This document shows, piece by piece, positions 52,866 to 61,640 of a DNA stretch of 64,000 nucleotides. A program made the translations under genes and the position numbers. The notes beneath the pieces are model-generated. The model was not told the origin of the DNA and ran no database searches. It was given only the letters and a program-made list of their open reading frames with translations. The first letter of the stretch is position 1; each line of letters starts with the position of its first letter. This DNA comes from Candidatus Latescibacterota bacterium (GTDB taxonomy: Bacteria > Latescibacterota > UBA2968 > GCA-2709665): contig OZ242180.1 of NCBI GenBank assembly GCA_965205485.1, forward strand, positions 2,496,001-2,560,000, written 5' to 3'.

Positions 52866-53213
52866 GATTTCTCCAATCCAGTAAAGGAAAAAGGAAGAAG
52901 GAAAAAGGAAGAAATACAAGCAGGAAAATCGCGTGGACTGCCGCCGGGATTCACGATGTGTGTGGAGTTGCCCGTTACTTGAGACCCGTTCCGCTCGGGA
53001 AGACGCGAATAAAGGAAAAAGGAAGAAATCTGGCCCAAATCACCTGCTGACCTGTCGCCCGCATTCTCTGTTTCTCTCTACCTATTGCCCTTCCGTGGCC
53101 AGTCCCTCATCACGTGTAGCATTCTGCGACGGTTTCGGTGCGCTGTTTGGCACATTCAACCCGATCACGCAATTCTCCCTTCCTCCTTACTTTGTAGACG
53201 ATCGGCGCGTTTT

Positions 53214-53631
53214 TCATTTCGCGTCGTTCTTTCTCTTGATCTGTTCCACGAATGCCTCGCCTCTAGGAGTACGGCGGTAGCGCTGGTGGCGGCTCGTGGG
53301 CTTGTCCGGGAGGGTCATTTCAATCAATCCGGCCTCCAGGGCAGGATTCAGGTATGATTCGATGAAATGGGGCCGGCCTTTGAGTTCCAATCCTGCCTGG
53401 ATACTGGCGCGGCTCATCTCTCCCGTGAGGACAGCCACCAGTTGCTGGATTTGGTCCGTGACCTGGTCTGTATCTTGTGGGGTATCTTGTTGGGCGTCTT
53501 GTGGGGTATCTTGTTGGGTGTCGTGACCTTTCCCAATAATTTTCAATGACTTATCTTGTCCTGTATCTGTATCTTGTTCCGTATCTTGTTCCGTCGCGGG
53601 GAGTAAAGCCCGCTCATTCACTGGCGTGAGC
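53214..53631 (-). pseudogene. Second isolated Fic/RecG-C-type C-terminal winged-helix module, with 12-bp (TxQD) tandem repeats
   Basis: TEQDTEQD...TPQDAQQDTPQDTDQVTDQ...YLNPALEAGLIEMTLPDKPTSRHQRYR; 5' end abuts a heptamer repeat. Confidence 0.7.
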
Positions 53632-53926
53632 AAAGGAAAAAGGAAGAAGGAAAAAGGAAGGAATAAAGGCAGGATGATCGCTTGGACTGCCGCCAGCATT
53701 CACGATGTATGCGATTGCCTGCGACTTACTTGAGCCCCGTTGCGCTCTGGAACACCGGAATATTGGCGAATAAATGTAGAAGGAGAAAGGAAGAAGGAAA
53801 AAGGAAGAAATATCGGCAGGATAATCGCGTGGTCCGTCGCCGTGAATGACTATGTCTGCGATAACCTGTCAATTCCAGAAATCGCATTTTCTCCTTCTAC
53901 CTTCTTCCTTCTTCGTTCTTCCTTTT

Positions 53927-54294
53927 TTATGTGCCGCGTTCATTGTTGCTCTTCGCCTTGCGTATTGAAGCGACGAAAATCGCGGTCAATTCGCCGCATT
54001 CATCTGTCAGGCCTGCAAGTCGCTCATCGGAGACGATTCCTGAGTCGCCGAGCAGTTCAAGCCAATACCCGGTTTCTTCAATCTCCTTCAAACATTCGCC
54101 AACCTTTGAGATGAATTCCGCTTTGCTCCGCGCGCGATATGCTTCCCGGTAGTTTGCCCCCACAGACGTTCCGGAACGAATCATCTGCCTGCCTATGACT
54201 TGAGCCTCGGTCTGCTTTGAAAGGCCCGAATACAGGCGAATGATCCGGAGTGCAAACTCCTTCGTCCGGGTCCGAAGATCAACCACTTCTTCCT
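53927..54294 (-). CDS. Four-helix-bundle protein (23S-IVP/bAvd-like fold)
   Basis: DLRTRTKEFALRII, QMIRSGTSVGANYREA..ARSKAEFISK, KEIEETGYWLELL; start position approximate. Confidence 0.9.
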
Positions 54295-54343
54295 TCATTC
54301 TTGCAACACCTCGCTCAGCTCATCAATCCCACACTTCTTCCTT

Positions 54344-54568
54344 CTACCTTTTTACTTCTACTTTACCGTCCAGCCTCCACGCGGCATAGGCCAGGGAATG
54401 GTCGATGTCCTTCTCGTTCAAGGTATGGATATGCTTGAGGATTTCGTCACGCGTGCGTCCGGCCGCCAGCAGTCCTACGACGGCACCCACCGTGACGCGC
54501 AGACCGCGAATGCACGCCTTGCCGCCCATCACCGCTGGATCGATGGTGATCCTCTCGAATGAATCCAT
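54344..54568 (-). CDS. DUF433 family antitoxin
   Basis: RITIDPAVMGGKACIRGLRVTV...LAYAA; no toxin follows. Confidence 0.88.
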   Translation of the reverse strand: MDSFERITIDPAVMGGKACIRGLRVTVGAVVGLLAAGRTRDEILKHIHTLNEKDIDHSLAYAAWRLDGKVEVKR

Positions 54569-54652
54569 GATACTTCTCTTCTTGTGTTCAGACGTACCGA
54601 ACCGCGCTTTCATGCCAACCCCACGCGGTTGCGTGAGCTTGGACGATTCGTA

Positions 54653-55204
54653 TCAACTGGATGGATGACCGACTGCCTTATCCACCAGCGGTGCCAGTTC
54701 GCTCCACGCTGCGAGAATGGTCTTCACCAGGTAGTCGCGGTACTCCTTGAGGTTGTCACCCTCCCAGTACCTGTCTCTTGGTGGATCCACGTTTCGATAG
54801 GCTGGCCACCAAGCGGTCGACTCTGGATAATCAGGACGTGCATCCTTCGCGAAATGCACTCTGTAGTGTTTCACGTTCGTCCTGACTCCGCAGATCAACC
54901 CTCCATCTTCAGAGAACAGCGCGGGCTTGCTATACCATCCCAGTCTCACATCCGGCTCTTCGTCACCCTCGGGCCAATCCTTGCGCCGCAGGCCCAACCC
55001 AGAAAAGTTCTCGTCAGTTAGAAACGCCTCGACACCGTTATAGGTGATATTATCGTTCCTCAGGGCCCACTCGAGATCGCCCTCGAGACTGCGGTAGAAG
55101 TGATTCACGAACTCCGACACTTCGTCTACCAACTCAGCCCATTCCATGATCTGCTTCTCGTGCTCGAAATAGAACTTGATCCGTTCGTCTTCGATCCGAT
55201 TCAT
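54653..55204 (-). CDS. Hypothetical protein coupled to the upstream nuclease
   Basis: 183-aa Trp-rich ORF with ATGA overlap. Confidence 0.65.
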   Translation of the reverse strand: MNRIEDERIKFYFEHEKQIMEWAELVDEVSEFVNHFYRSLEGDLEWALRNDNITYNGVEAFLTDENFSGLGLRRKDWPEGDEEPDVRLGWYSKPALFSEDGGLICGVRTNVKHYRVHFAKDARPDYPESTAWWPAYRNVDPPRDRYWEGDNLKEYRDYLVKTILAAWSELAPLVDKAVGHPSS

Positions 55205-56001
55205 CCGAACTGCTCCTTGAGTGTCCGTGAATAGTTCCTGACGACTTCTACGGCCGGTGCAACGCCGGTCTTGTTTCGTGATTCGTTTAATGCCGTGTCC
55301 AACATCGCCCGGACCTTGGGCCAGGAGAGGGTCTTGAAAGCGCGTTGGGCGCATGGCGTGGTTGCCGTATGCGGCTTGCGGCCATCGGGGGTCAGGAACA
55401 GGAACAGTGGCTCATTTTCGTTCTTGAAGTTCTCGTACAAGTCGTCGCACTGGCTCGGCTGTTCTGACGCGTCGACCTTGTTCTCGATGACGAGCGTGAA
55501 GTTCTCGCCCCACACGACGAGGTCGGCCTCTCTGTCGTTCCGCCACTCAGAGAACGCCACCTTCCGAACTGCAAGTTGCGCCGGCACAGTCTCTCCAGTG
55601 CAATGTTCCACGAAGCGCCTGACCAGCCCCGAACCCAACCCGTGCCGTGCCGTCGGCGTCAAGAGCCACAGAAGCACGCGAGAATGGGTGTTCTCGTGGC
55701 GGGCCAGGCCCACGATATCGAGGAAGTCTGATGGCCCGGTCAGCCATAGCCCGTCCGAAACGAGGCGGTCTTGCTGGCAGCGCATCTCCGCCATGGTCTC
55801 ATGCCACTAGGCAAGGAGGGTTTTCGTCCGACGCGCGGCGATCTCGCCCCAACTGTACTCCATTGTCCGAACAGCGCTACGCCAGTCGGCCAGGAGCGCT
55901 TTTGTCTGGCGCAAGGCGATCTCGTCCCATTCGCGCTCCATCGCACGAATGTTCACTTTCCACGAGGGGACTTGATTGTCTTGTGAGGCCATTAAGGGCA
56001 T
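55201..56001 (-). CDS. PD-(D/E)xK nuclease (PDDEXK_4-like) with an in-frame TAG at 55807-55809
   Basis: ENTHSRVLLWLLTP...HGLG, EW...ADLVV...IENKV...EQPSQ; upstream ORF 55807-56001 is in the same frame. Confidence 0.75.
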
Positions 56002-56236
56002 AGATGAGAAAATTACACCTGGGCTGCGACGATCGATTGCAGATAGATTGTCGCAGGGGCAGAGTGCGGGCGGCGGGCGTTTCTAGCGAGCAAAGTCACC
56101 AGCACCAGAAACAGGTTGTGGATTTCAACGGGCGTTTAAATTCGTTGCTTCTTCGTCTGCGGAATCCTCGTTGGTCGTAGCCAATGGGTTTCGCGGTGCC
56201 GCCCACCGTTTGGGAGTATCTGCTTCAGAGTACACG

Positions 56237-56527
56237 TCAAACATTGATTTTTTCCCGTTCGATATATGGACGCAATTCCGCCCGCAACGCTTTGTCCGTT
56301 ACCAAGTCAACCGGACGCTCCAACAGGTCTTCGATGTAGAACTGCACGCCAAAATACCGTTCTGACGTTGCTGGCGAGTCGAACTTCACCAGAATGTCCA
56401 CGTCGCTGTTGCCTGTGGCTCGATTGCGGACGATAGATCCGAATAACGCGAGGTCCACGACACCGAAGCGTTGCACGAGTGTTGCCTTGTGAGCCCGCAA
56501 CAGCTTGAGGACTACATCTCTGTTCAT
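56237..56527 (-). CDS. Minimal nucleotidyltransferase (MNT) antitoxin
   Basis: LFGS..R......SDVDILV, LLERPVDLVT. Confidence 0.9.
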   Translation of the reverse strand: MNRDVVLKLLRAHKATLVQRFGVVDLALFGSIVRNRATGNSDVDILVKFDSPATSERYFGVQFYIEDLLERPVDLVTDKALRAELRPYIEREKINV

Positions 56528-56849
56528 GTATCGGGTCCTTCCTGATCACTTCGGAGCGAATAACGCCGAAAAGCGTCGAATCGAGATTAAAGTTAAACGT
56601 TGGTCCACCCACCGTCAATCCCTTATGTGTCGATAAACGCCAAGCAAGGCCGGAAAGCCGATAGAGTCGGCCCAAAACCCCGCTTCCACAAACGGCAGTC
56701 GACGGCTATTTCCCCTTGCTTAAGTTTAGAATTAGGGATATTTTAGCTTTCCCCATCATGGGTCAGTGAGATTGCCGCCTTTCGTGGCGAAATGAAGGCT
56801 TGAATTGGTGGTATCGAAGTCCCGAAATAGACAGGGTTGGAGTAACAGG

Positions 56850-57254
56850 ATGACGCAGCGATGGAGAGATTGGCTCGACCAGGCGGAGCACGATTTGGAG
56901 CACGCTGCAGCCTCAAAGTGTGACGGCCGTCACGCCTGGGCCTGCTTTGCTTCGCACCAGGCGGCCGAGAAGGCCGTCAAGGCGCTCCATGTTGCCGGCG
57001 GAAAGAGGCAGACAAGCAACGTTATAGCCCGCCTCCTTACCGAACTCCCGGAGACGCCGCCGGAAGATCTCGTCGATAGAGGTCGGGTACTCGACAACTA
57101 CTATATACCGACGCGCAGTCCCAGGTCGCATGCTGACGGGGCGGCCTATGAACACTACGGGGCACTTCAGAGCGAGCAGGGACTGCGTTTTGCCGGTGAT
57201 ATCGTTCAATTTGTCCGTCAGGCACTGGCCCGCGATTCAATTTCAAATCAATAG
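56850..57254 (+). CDS. HEPN domain protein
   Basis: WLDQAEHDL, WACFASHQAAEKAVKA, LDNYYIPTR; ATG at 56850. Confidence 0.88.
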   Translation: MTQRWRDWLDQAEHDLEHAAASKCDGRHAWACFASHQAAEKAVKALHVAGGKRQTSNVIARLLTELPETPPEDLVDRGRVLDNYYIPTRSPRSHADGAAYEHYGALQSEQGLRFAGDIVQFVRQALARDSISNQ

Positions 57255-57410
57255 TTTTCGTTACCGATAGTTCCATGAGAAGAGTTCGGATATTCGTATG
57301 CCCTATCCTGCGCGGATGTATCCGTTAGGTATCCCAAAGTCTCGAATAAAGACATAAACGATCAGCGTTACCCGTAGTTTGGCAGATTATGCACCGAAAT
57401 AGAGAGGTTC

Positions 57411-58397
57411 TTGATGCCAGCGGTCACAGTTAGTATCATCAATTTGAAAGGCGGTGTCGGCAAAAGTACGTTGACAATGCTTCTCGGCGAATTCCTTCCG
57501 TTCCGGCATTCCAAGAATGTCCTCTTAATTGACATGGATGCACAGGCGAATCTTAGTTATTGCATGGTCCCGGACTATCACATTCAGAACCAGAATAGAG
57601 AGAGACGAACGGCGTTTCATCTTCTTCGTAGCGGTTTGCACATGGGTCCTCTTGATATCGAAAATTATATCACCCAGCCACCGTTGGTAGTTTCCAACAT
57701 CTCCCGAAGCGGGTCGTACGGAACCAACCTCCACATGGTCGTCTCGACGCCAAGCGTTGCCCAGCTTGATGAGGAGCTTCTTGAATTATGGGATGCCGGC
57801 AGGCCAATGCCTCGACGAGTCAGGGAAACTCTCCTTCTCGCGATAAATCCAGCTCGGGAAAGGTATGACTATATCTTGATCGATTGTCCGCCTGGTCTAT
57901 CGCTGTTTTCCTCGGCAGCGCTGATCGCCAGCGACTATTACATCTCGCCGATCATTCCCGAGCCACTCTCGCTACAGGGAGTTGACCTTGTACACGACAG
58001 ACAAGAGCAACTCATGCAGAGGTATGGCGCCAAGGTAGAATTCAAGGGAGTGGTTCTCAACGTCGTTAAGCACTACAGGAACACACACAGCAGGGTAGCC
58101 GGAGCAGTCTACTCCAGAGATAGCATCCGATATGAACCCTTTGATTGCTGGCTCCCGGACAACGAAAGGTTACGGACCATTGGGGAATATGATCCGGAAG
58201 TAGAGGGCAAGTGGGCCATGGGAAGCGAGCACAAGTTCTCCGATCTTCACCACAAATATGGGCTCTCCTATCGGTTGACCAACCCTCAGGAAGGCAGCCT
58301 GAACAGAGAGGAAAATGAGGGAAGGAAATATAGACTCGAAGACCGGATACACAGCTTGGTCGTAGAGTTCATGGAAAGATGCCAGCCGCTATCATAA
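57411..58397 (+). CDS. Orphan ParA/MinD-family ATPase
   Basis: Deviant Walker A KGGVGKST, IDMDAQANLS, DYILIDCPP; no parB nearby. Confidence 0.9.
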   Translation: MMPAVTVSIINLKGGVGKSTLTMLLGEFLPFRHSKNVLLIDMDAQANLSYCMVPDYHIQNQNRERRTAFHLLRSGLHMGPLDIENYITQPPLVVSNISRSGSYGTNLHMVVSTPSVAQLDEELLELWDAGRPMPRRVRETLLLAINPARERYDYILIDCPPGLSLFSSAALIASDYYISPIIPEPLSLQGVDLVHDRQEQLMQRYGAKVEFKGVVLNVVKHYRNTHSRVAGAVYSRDSIRYEPFDCWLPDNERLRTIGEYDPEVEGKWAMGSEHKFSDLHHKYGLSYRLTNPQEGSLNREENEGRKYRLEDRIHSLVVEFMERCQPLS

Positions 58398-58412
58398 CAA
58401 GGTGGGTACCCA

Positions 58413-59018
58413 ATGACCATACAGGAAAGACACTTAGTCGAACTACTCCATGCCAAGTACAAGGAAGACCCGAAGGGTTTTCGCAAATACCTGCCCGGGG
58501 TGGTAGATCTTCTTCCGGAACAGCCACCTGAGATCGGTAGACGAAGGTCGTTATTCGGACTAACGGAACAGGAGACCGCTTTCCACCGTGCAGGTTTGGC
58601 CAAAGTGTTCAGCGACTTGGACAAGGGTCCGGTCACTACTGAGGAAGCAGCCAAGGGCCTTCAACATTGTGCCGCTCTGATCATGGACGATAGCTTGCCT
58701 GAGGAAGCTGGTTATGAGAAGATGAAGAGCTTAGTCAGGGCGGCTCTTGGCAAGTCGCCTGGGTCCTACAAATCGAAGGCGACCGTAAAGATCGGTGAGG
58801 GAAACGGCGACGTCCACGAACGAGTTTCGGCAATCCGGGGAGTGTATCTCGACCTTGACGTGCGCAGGCGCCTCGTATCCATTAGCATAAATCCCCGAAA
58901 AGTCAGAGAGAGACGCGAACTGATGCGGTTCGTCGGAGCAAGTAAAGATCCCGATCCCCATGTCTCCACCAGGCACGATGACTACCTGGCTTCGGAGGAT
59001 CCCCATGGCACTCGCTGA
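58413..59018 (+). CDS. Hypothetical protein with an antitoxin-like C-terminus
   Basis: 201 aa; GVYLDLD....LVSISI and FVG....VSTRHDDYL tail; overlaps the PIN gene. Confidence 0.65.
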   Translation: MTIQERHLVELLHAKYKEDPKGFRKYLPGVVDLLPEQPPEIGRRRSLFGLTEQETAFHRAGLAKVFSDLDKGPVTTEEAAKGLQHCAALIMDDSLPEEAGYEKMKSLVRAALGKSPGSYKSKATVKIGEGNGDVHERVSAIRGVYLDLDVRRRLVSISINPRKVRERRELMRFVGASKDPDPHVSTRHDDYLASEDPHGTR

Positions 59019-59421
59019 TCGGGTGTTGATAGACACGTCGGCATTCTTCGCCCTCCGTTCTTCAACCGATCTGTTTCATGCCAGGGCCAATGGTACGTAC
59101 GAGCAATTGATCGACAGAGAGCAGGAGTTGTGGACAACCTCCTATACTGTGGTTGAAACAGTCGCCCTTCTGCATCGCCGTCTGGGCTTTGAGGTCGTAT
59201 TGGACTTCTCCGAATGGCGCCGCCAGGCGAATTTACAGGTGATCTGGATAGACAGGCGAATGCACGAGGAAGCCTGGGATCGCTATATAGGTGAAGAGGG
59301 GCGAGGATTGAGCTTTGTGGATTGGACAACCGCTGTTGCATCTCGCGAGATGCAAGATGCACCGGTGTTTACGTTTGACGCGGGTTTCGCTAACGTGGGG
59401 CGCCCCGTAGTTCCTCGTTGA
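59005..59421 (+). CDS. PIN-domain (VapC-like) ribonuclease toxin
   Basis: LIDTSAFFAL, VVET, LSFVDW, FTFDAGF; all acidic catalytic positions present. Confidence 0.9.
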   Translation: MALADRVLIDTSAFFALRSSTDLFHARANGTYEQLIDREQELWTTSYTVVETVALLHRRLGFEVVLDFSEWRRQANLQVIWIDRRMHEEAWDRYIGEEGRGLSFVDWTTAVASREMQDAPVFTFDAGFANVGRPVVPR

Positions 59422-59737
59422 TACATTGCCCGGCAGGGGCCCATTACAGCAGTCTTGCCAATGGAGACCGCATATTGTGTTAATGTTATGGCAGCCTGAC
59501 ACTCGGCTGCCGTTTCTGTTTCGGTTTCACCGGGCGCTGCTGACATCAGCTTCGAATTCCGGAACCGGCGCGTCCTGCTATCAGAAAAGCACCGAAGGAA
59601 GCTGTCAGCCATCAGCTCTCAGCAGTCAGCTTGAATCAAAACCGACCCATTGAGGTCAGCGCCGTTAAACGAGAGCGTAAGGGGCGTTTCGAGGGCAGGA
59701 TGCCCTCGCTCCGGGGGTTTTTCAGCCGGTCGCGCAG

Positions 59738-59915
59738 ACCTCTCCCCCCGACCCCCTCTCCTAAAGGAAAGGGGGTGCAAAGCACTAAGTCGCCTTGCCG
59801 GTCATCTGTAGACACTTTGATCGAGGGGAGAACGTCATCTCCGTTTTTTCTCTTGGACAAGACGCCGAGGAGCCCCGGTTCCCCCTTCCTTCAGGAAGGG
59901 GGCTAGGGGGTAGGT
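59738..59915. repeat. Pair of C/G-rich palindromic repeats
   Basis: CCTCTCCCCCCGACCCCCTCTCCTAAAGGAAAGGGGG and CCCCCTTCCTTCAGGAAGGGGGCTAGGGGGTAGG. Confidence 0.65.
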
Positions 59916-59955
59916 CCGACCCCTCGTCATGCGTTCAGTGATAAAGGATCATCTC

Positions 59956-61281
59956 ATGCCCAGACAGAAGCAGGTAAAGATCGGGATCGCGGGGCTGGGG
60001 CCGCGCGGCAGGCTATCGTGGATGAAGAACCTGCTGCGGATCAAGACCTGCCGCGTGACGGCCCTTTGCGACAGGGTGGAGGCGCTTGTCGGGCAGGCGT
60101 ACCGGGAGGCCGGCGATCCGGATATCGCGTGCTTTACCGACTATGGCGAGATGCTGGCGAAGGCGGACATCGACGCGGTGGCCATTGTAACGGCGCCGCA
60201 CGATCAGCCGGACCTGATCTGCCGCGCGATGGAGGCGGGGAAACACGCGTCCTGCGAAGTGTCGCTGACGTACGATATGGATGACTTATGGCGGGTGGTG
60301 GTGGCCGTGGAGCGCAGCGGGCTGAAGTTTCAGATGGCCGAGCAGGTGATGTACCACCCGTTTGTAAAAGCCTGGCGCAAGCTGGTCGAGGAGGGCGAAC
60401 TCGGCCACGTCATCTTCGCCCAGGGGCAGTATCTTCACTGGATGACGCCGGACCGGTTCTGGGTCGACTCCGGGACGGGCGAACGCATCCACCTGGACGA
60501 TGTCTCGAATCATCCGAGGGCCGCGAAGAGCAGAATGTGGAACTGGTTTCCCCATCCGATTCTCTACATGGCCACCGACCTGGGCCCCATCCTGACGGTG
60601 CTTCAGGACCGGGTGACGAGGGTGACCTGCATGACGACGCGTCCGGAGAGTTATTATTACGAAGGCATCCCGGCGTCGGATATCCAGGTGGCGCTGATGC
60701 AAACGGAAAAGGATACGATCATCCGGATGGCGGCCGGGTTTACGTATGCGACGCCCAGGGACCATCACTGGTGGCACCTGGAAGGGACCCGGGGAAAGGT
60801 GGAGACCGCCCGCTCCGCGGAGATATACGGCAGCGCCGGCGGCGTGGACACGCCGAAGATCTGGCTGGAGAGCTCCGGAGAGGAATCGATGCGGGAGGCG
60901 GAATGGAGATATTCTCCGGAAGACCTTCCGGAGGAAGCCCGGGGCAGCGGGCACGGAAATATGGACTACTTCGCGCTTTCCTCGTTTCTGGACGCCATCC
61001 TGGACGATTCGGACCCGCCGCTGAACGTGTACCGGTCGGCGGATCTGACGGCGCCGGCCATTGTGGCCGTGCAGTCCGTGGAGCAGGGGAACGCGTGTCT
61101 GGAGTCCCGGATTTCCGGTCCGAGAAGAGAAAAGCCGGCGAATATCCAACCGGATTTCAGGCCGATTCCGTTCCGCACTGCAGGCGGACGTGCTGCCTCT
61201 CAGGTATCGACACGTCCAAATCGCAACGGGACGATTCGATGCTGCAGTAGATCCTTCGTCGGCCGGGCCTCTTCTGGATGA
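59956..61281 (+). CDS. Gfo/Idh/MocA family oxidoreductase; probable frameshift near 61105, so the true end is earlier
   Basis: GIAGLGPRG, GHGNMD; the expected (E)VPDFR tail lies in an adjacent frame. Confidence 0.85.
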   Translation: MPRQKQVKIGIAGLGPRGRLSWMKNLLRIKTCRVTALCDRVEALVGQAYREAGDPDIACFTDYGEMLAKADIDAVAIVTAPHDQPDLICRAMEAGKHASCEVSLTYDMDDLWRVVVAVERSGLKFQMAEQVMYHPFVKAWRKLVEEGELGHVIFAQGQYLHWMTPDRFWVDSGTGERIHLDDVSNHPRAAKSRMWNWFPHPILYMATDLGPILTVLQDRVTRVTCMTTRPESYYYEGIPASDIQVALMQTEKDTIIRMAAGFTYATPRDHHWWHLEGTRGKVETARSAEIYGSAGGVDTPKIWLESSGEESMREAEWRYSPEDLPEEARGSGHGNMDYFALSSFLDAILDDSDPPLNVYRSADLTAPAIVAVQSVEQGNACLESRISGPRREKPANIQPDFRPIPFRTAGGRAASQVSTRPNRNGTIRCCSRSFVGRASSG

Positions 61282-61640
61282 ACGGGAAGCCATATGCATG
61301 ACAATCAACATGTCATTCTGAGCGCGCTGGCCTCCTCAGGATGACATGTTCTGCAAAGGTGTGAGCTCAGCTCGCCAATCGTTATCGCAAGATTTGTCAA
61401 TCACAGCGCAGCGAAGAATCTCCCGTATTCTCGATAGTACGTGTAGTACATGCCCTGTAGAGAACCTTGTGCGCGGACACATCAGTTGCCGGAGTCCACC
61501 CCAACATGACAGTCTTCTCGAAGGCACGACCGACAATAATTGTGGACGATTTTTCCAGCCATCTATTTCGGATTATCGGCTAATCAAATCCGTTTTTGGA
61601 CAGTTTTGATTAAGGCCAAAAACCGGCAGGAGGTATATCA

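Larger units (their letters stand above)
51489..53928. repeat. Dispersed array of ~150-bp repeats with (A/G)AAGGAA heptamer tracts
   Basis: Copies at ~51489-51578, 51708-51870, 52883-53029, 53632-53778 and 53779-53865; inverted tracts at 52530-52565 and 53886-53928. Confidence 0.9.

Noticed and set aside
51489..53928. CRISPR array or integron cassette array
   Set aside because: Units are ~150 bp, diverged and irregularly spaced. There are no cas genes or tyrosine integrase, and I could not see attC R-box pairs.
53927..54294. Diversity-generating retroelement (Avd-like gene)
   Set aside because: No reverse transcriptase and no TR/VR pair with adenine-specific mismatches in the window.
57411..58397. 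Plasmid or chromosome partition locus
   Set aside because: No ParB, parS-like palindrome or Rep gene; the flanks are chromosomal metabolic genes.
37600..59500. Prophage or ICE
   Set aside because: No integrase, structural, replication or conjugation genes, and no att-like duplication seen.
61300..61640. SAM or cobalamin riboswitch upstream of the methyltransferases
   Set aside because: No conserved riboswitch core seen; the hairpin GTCATTCTGAG..CTCAGGATGAC looks like another palindromic repeat family.
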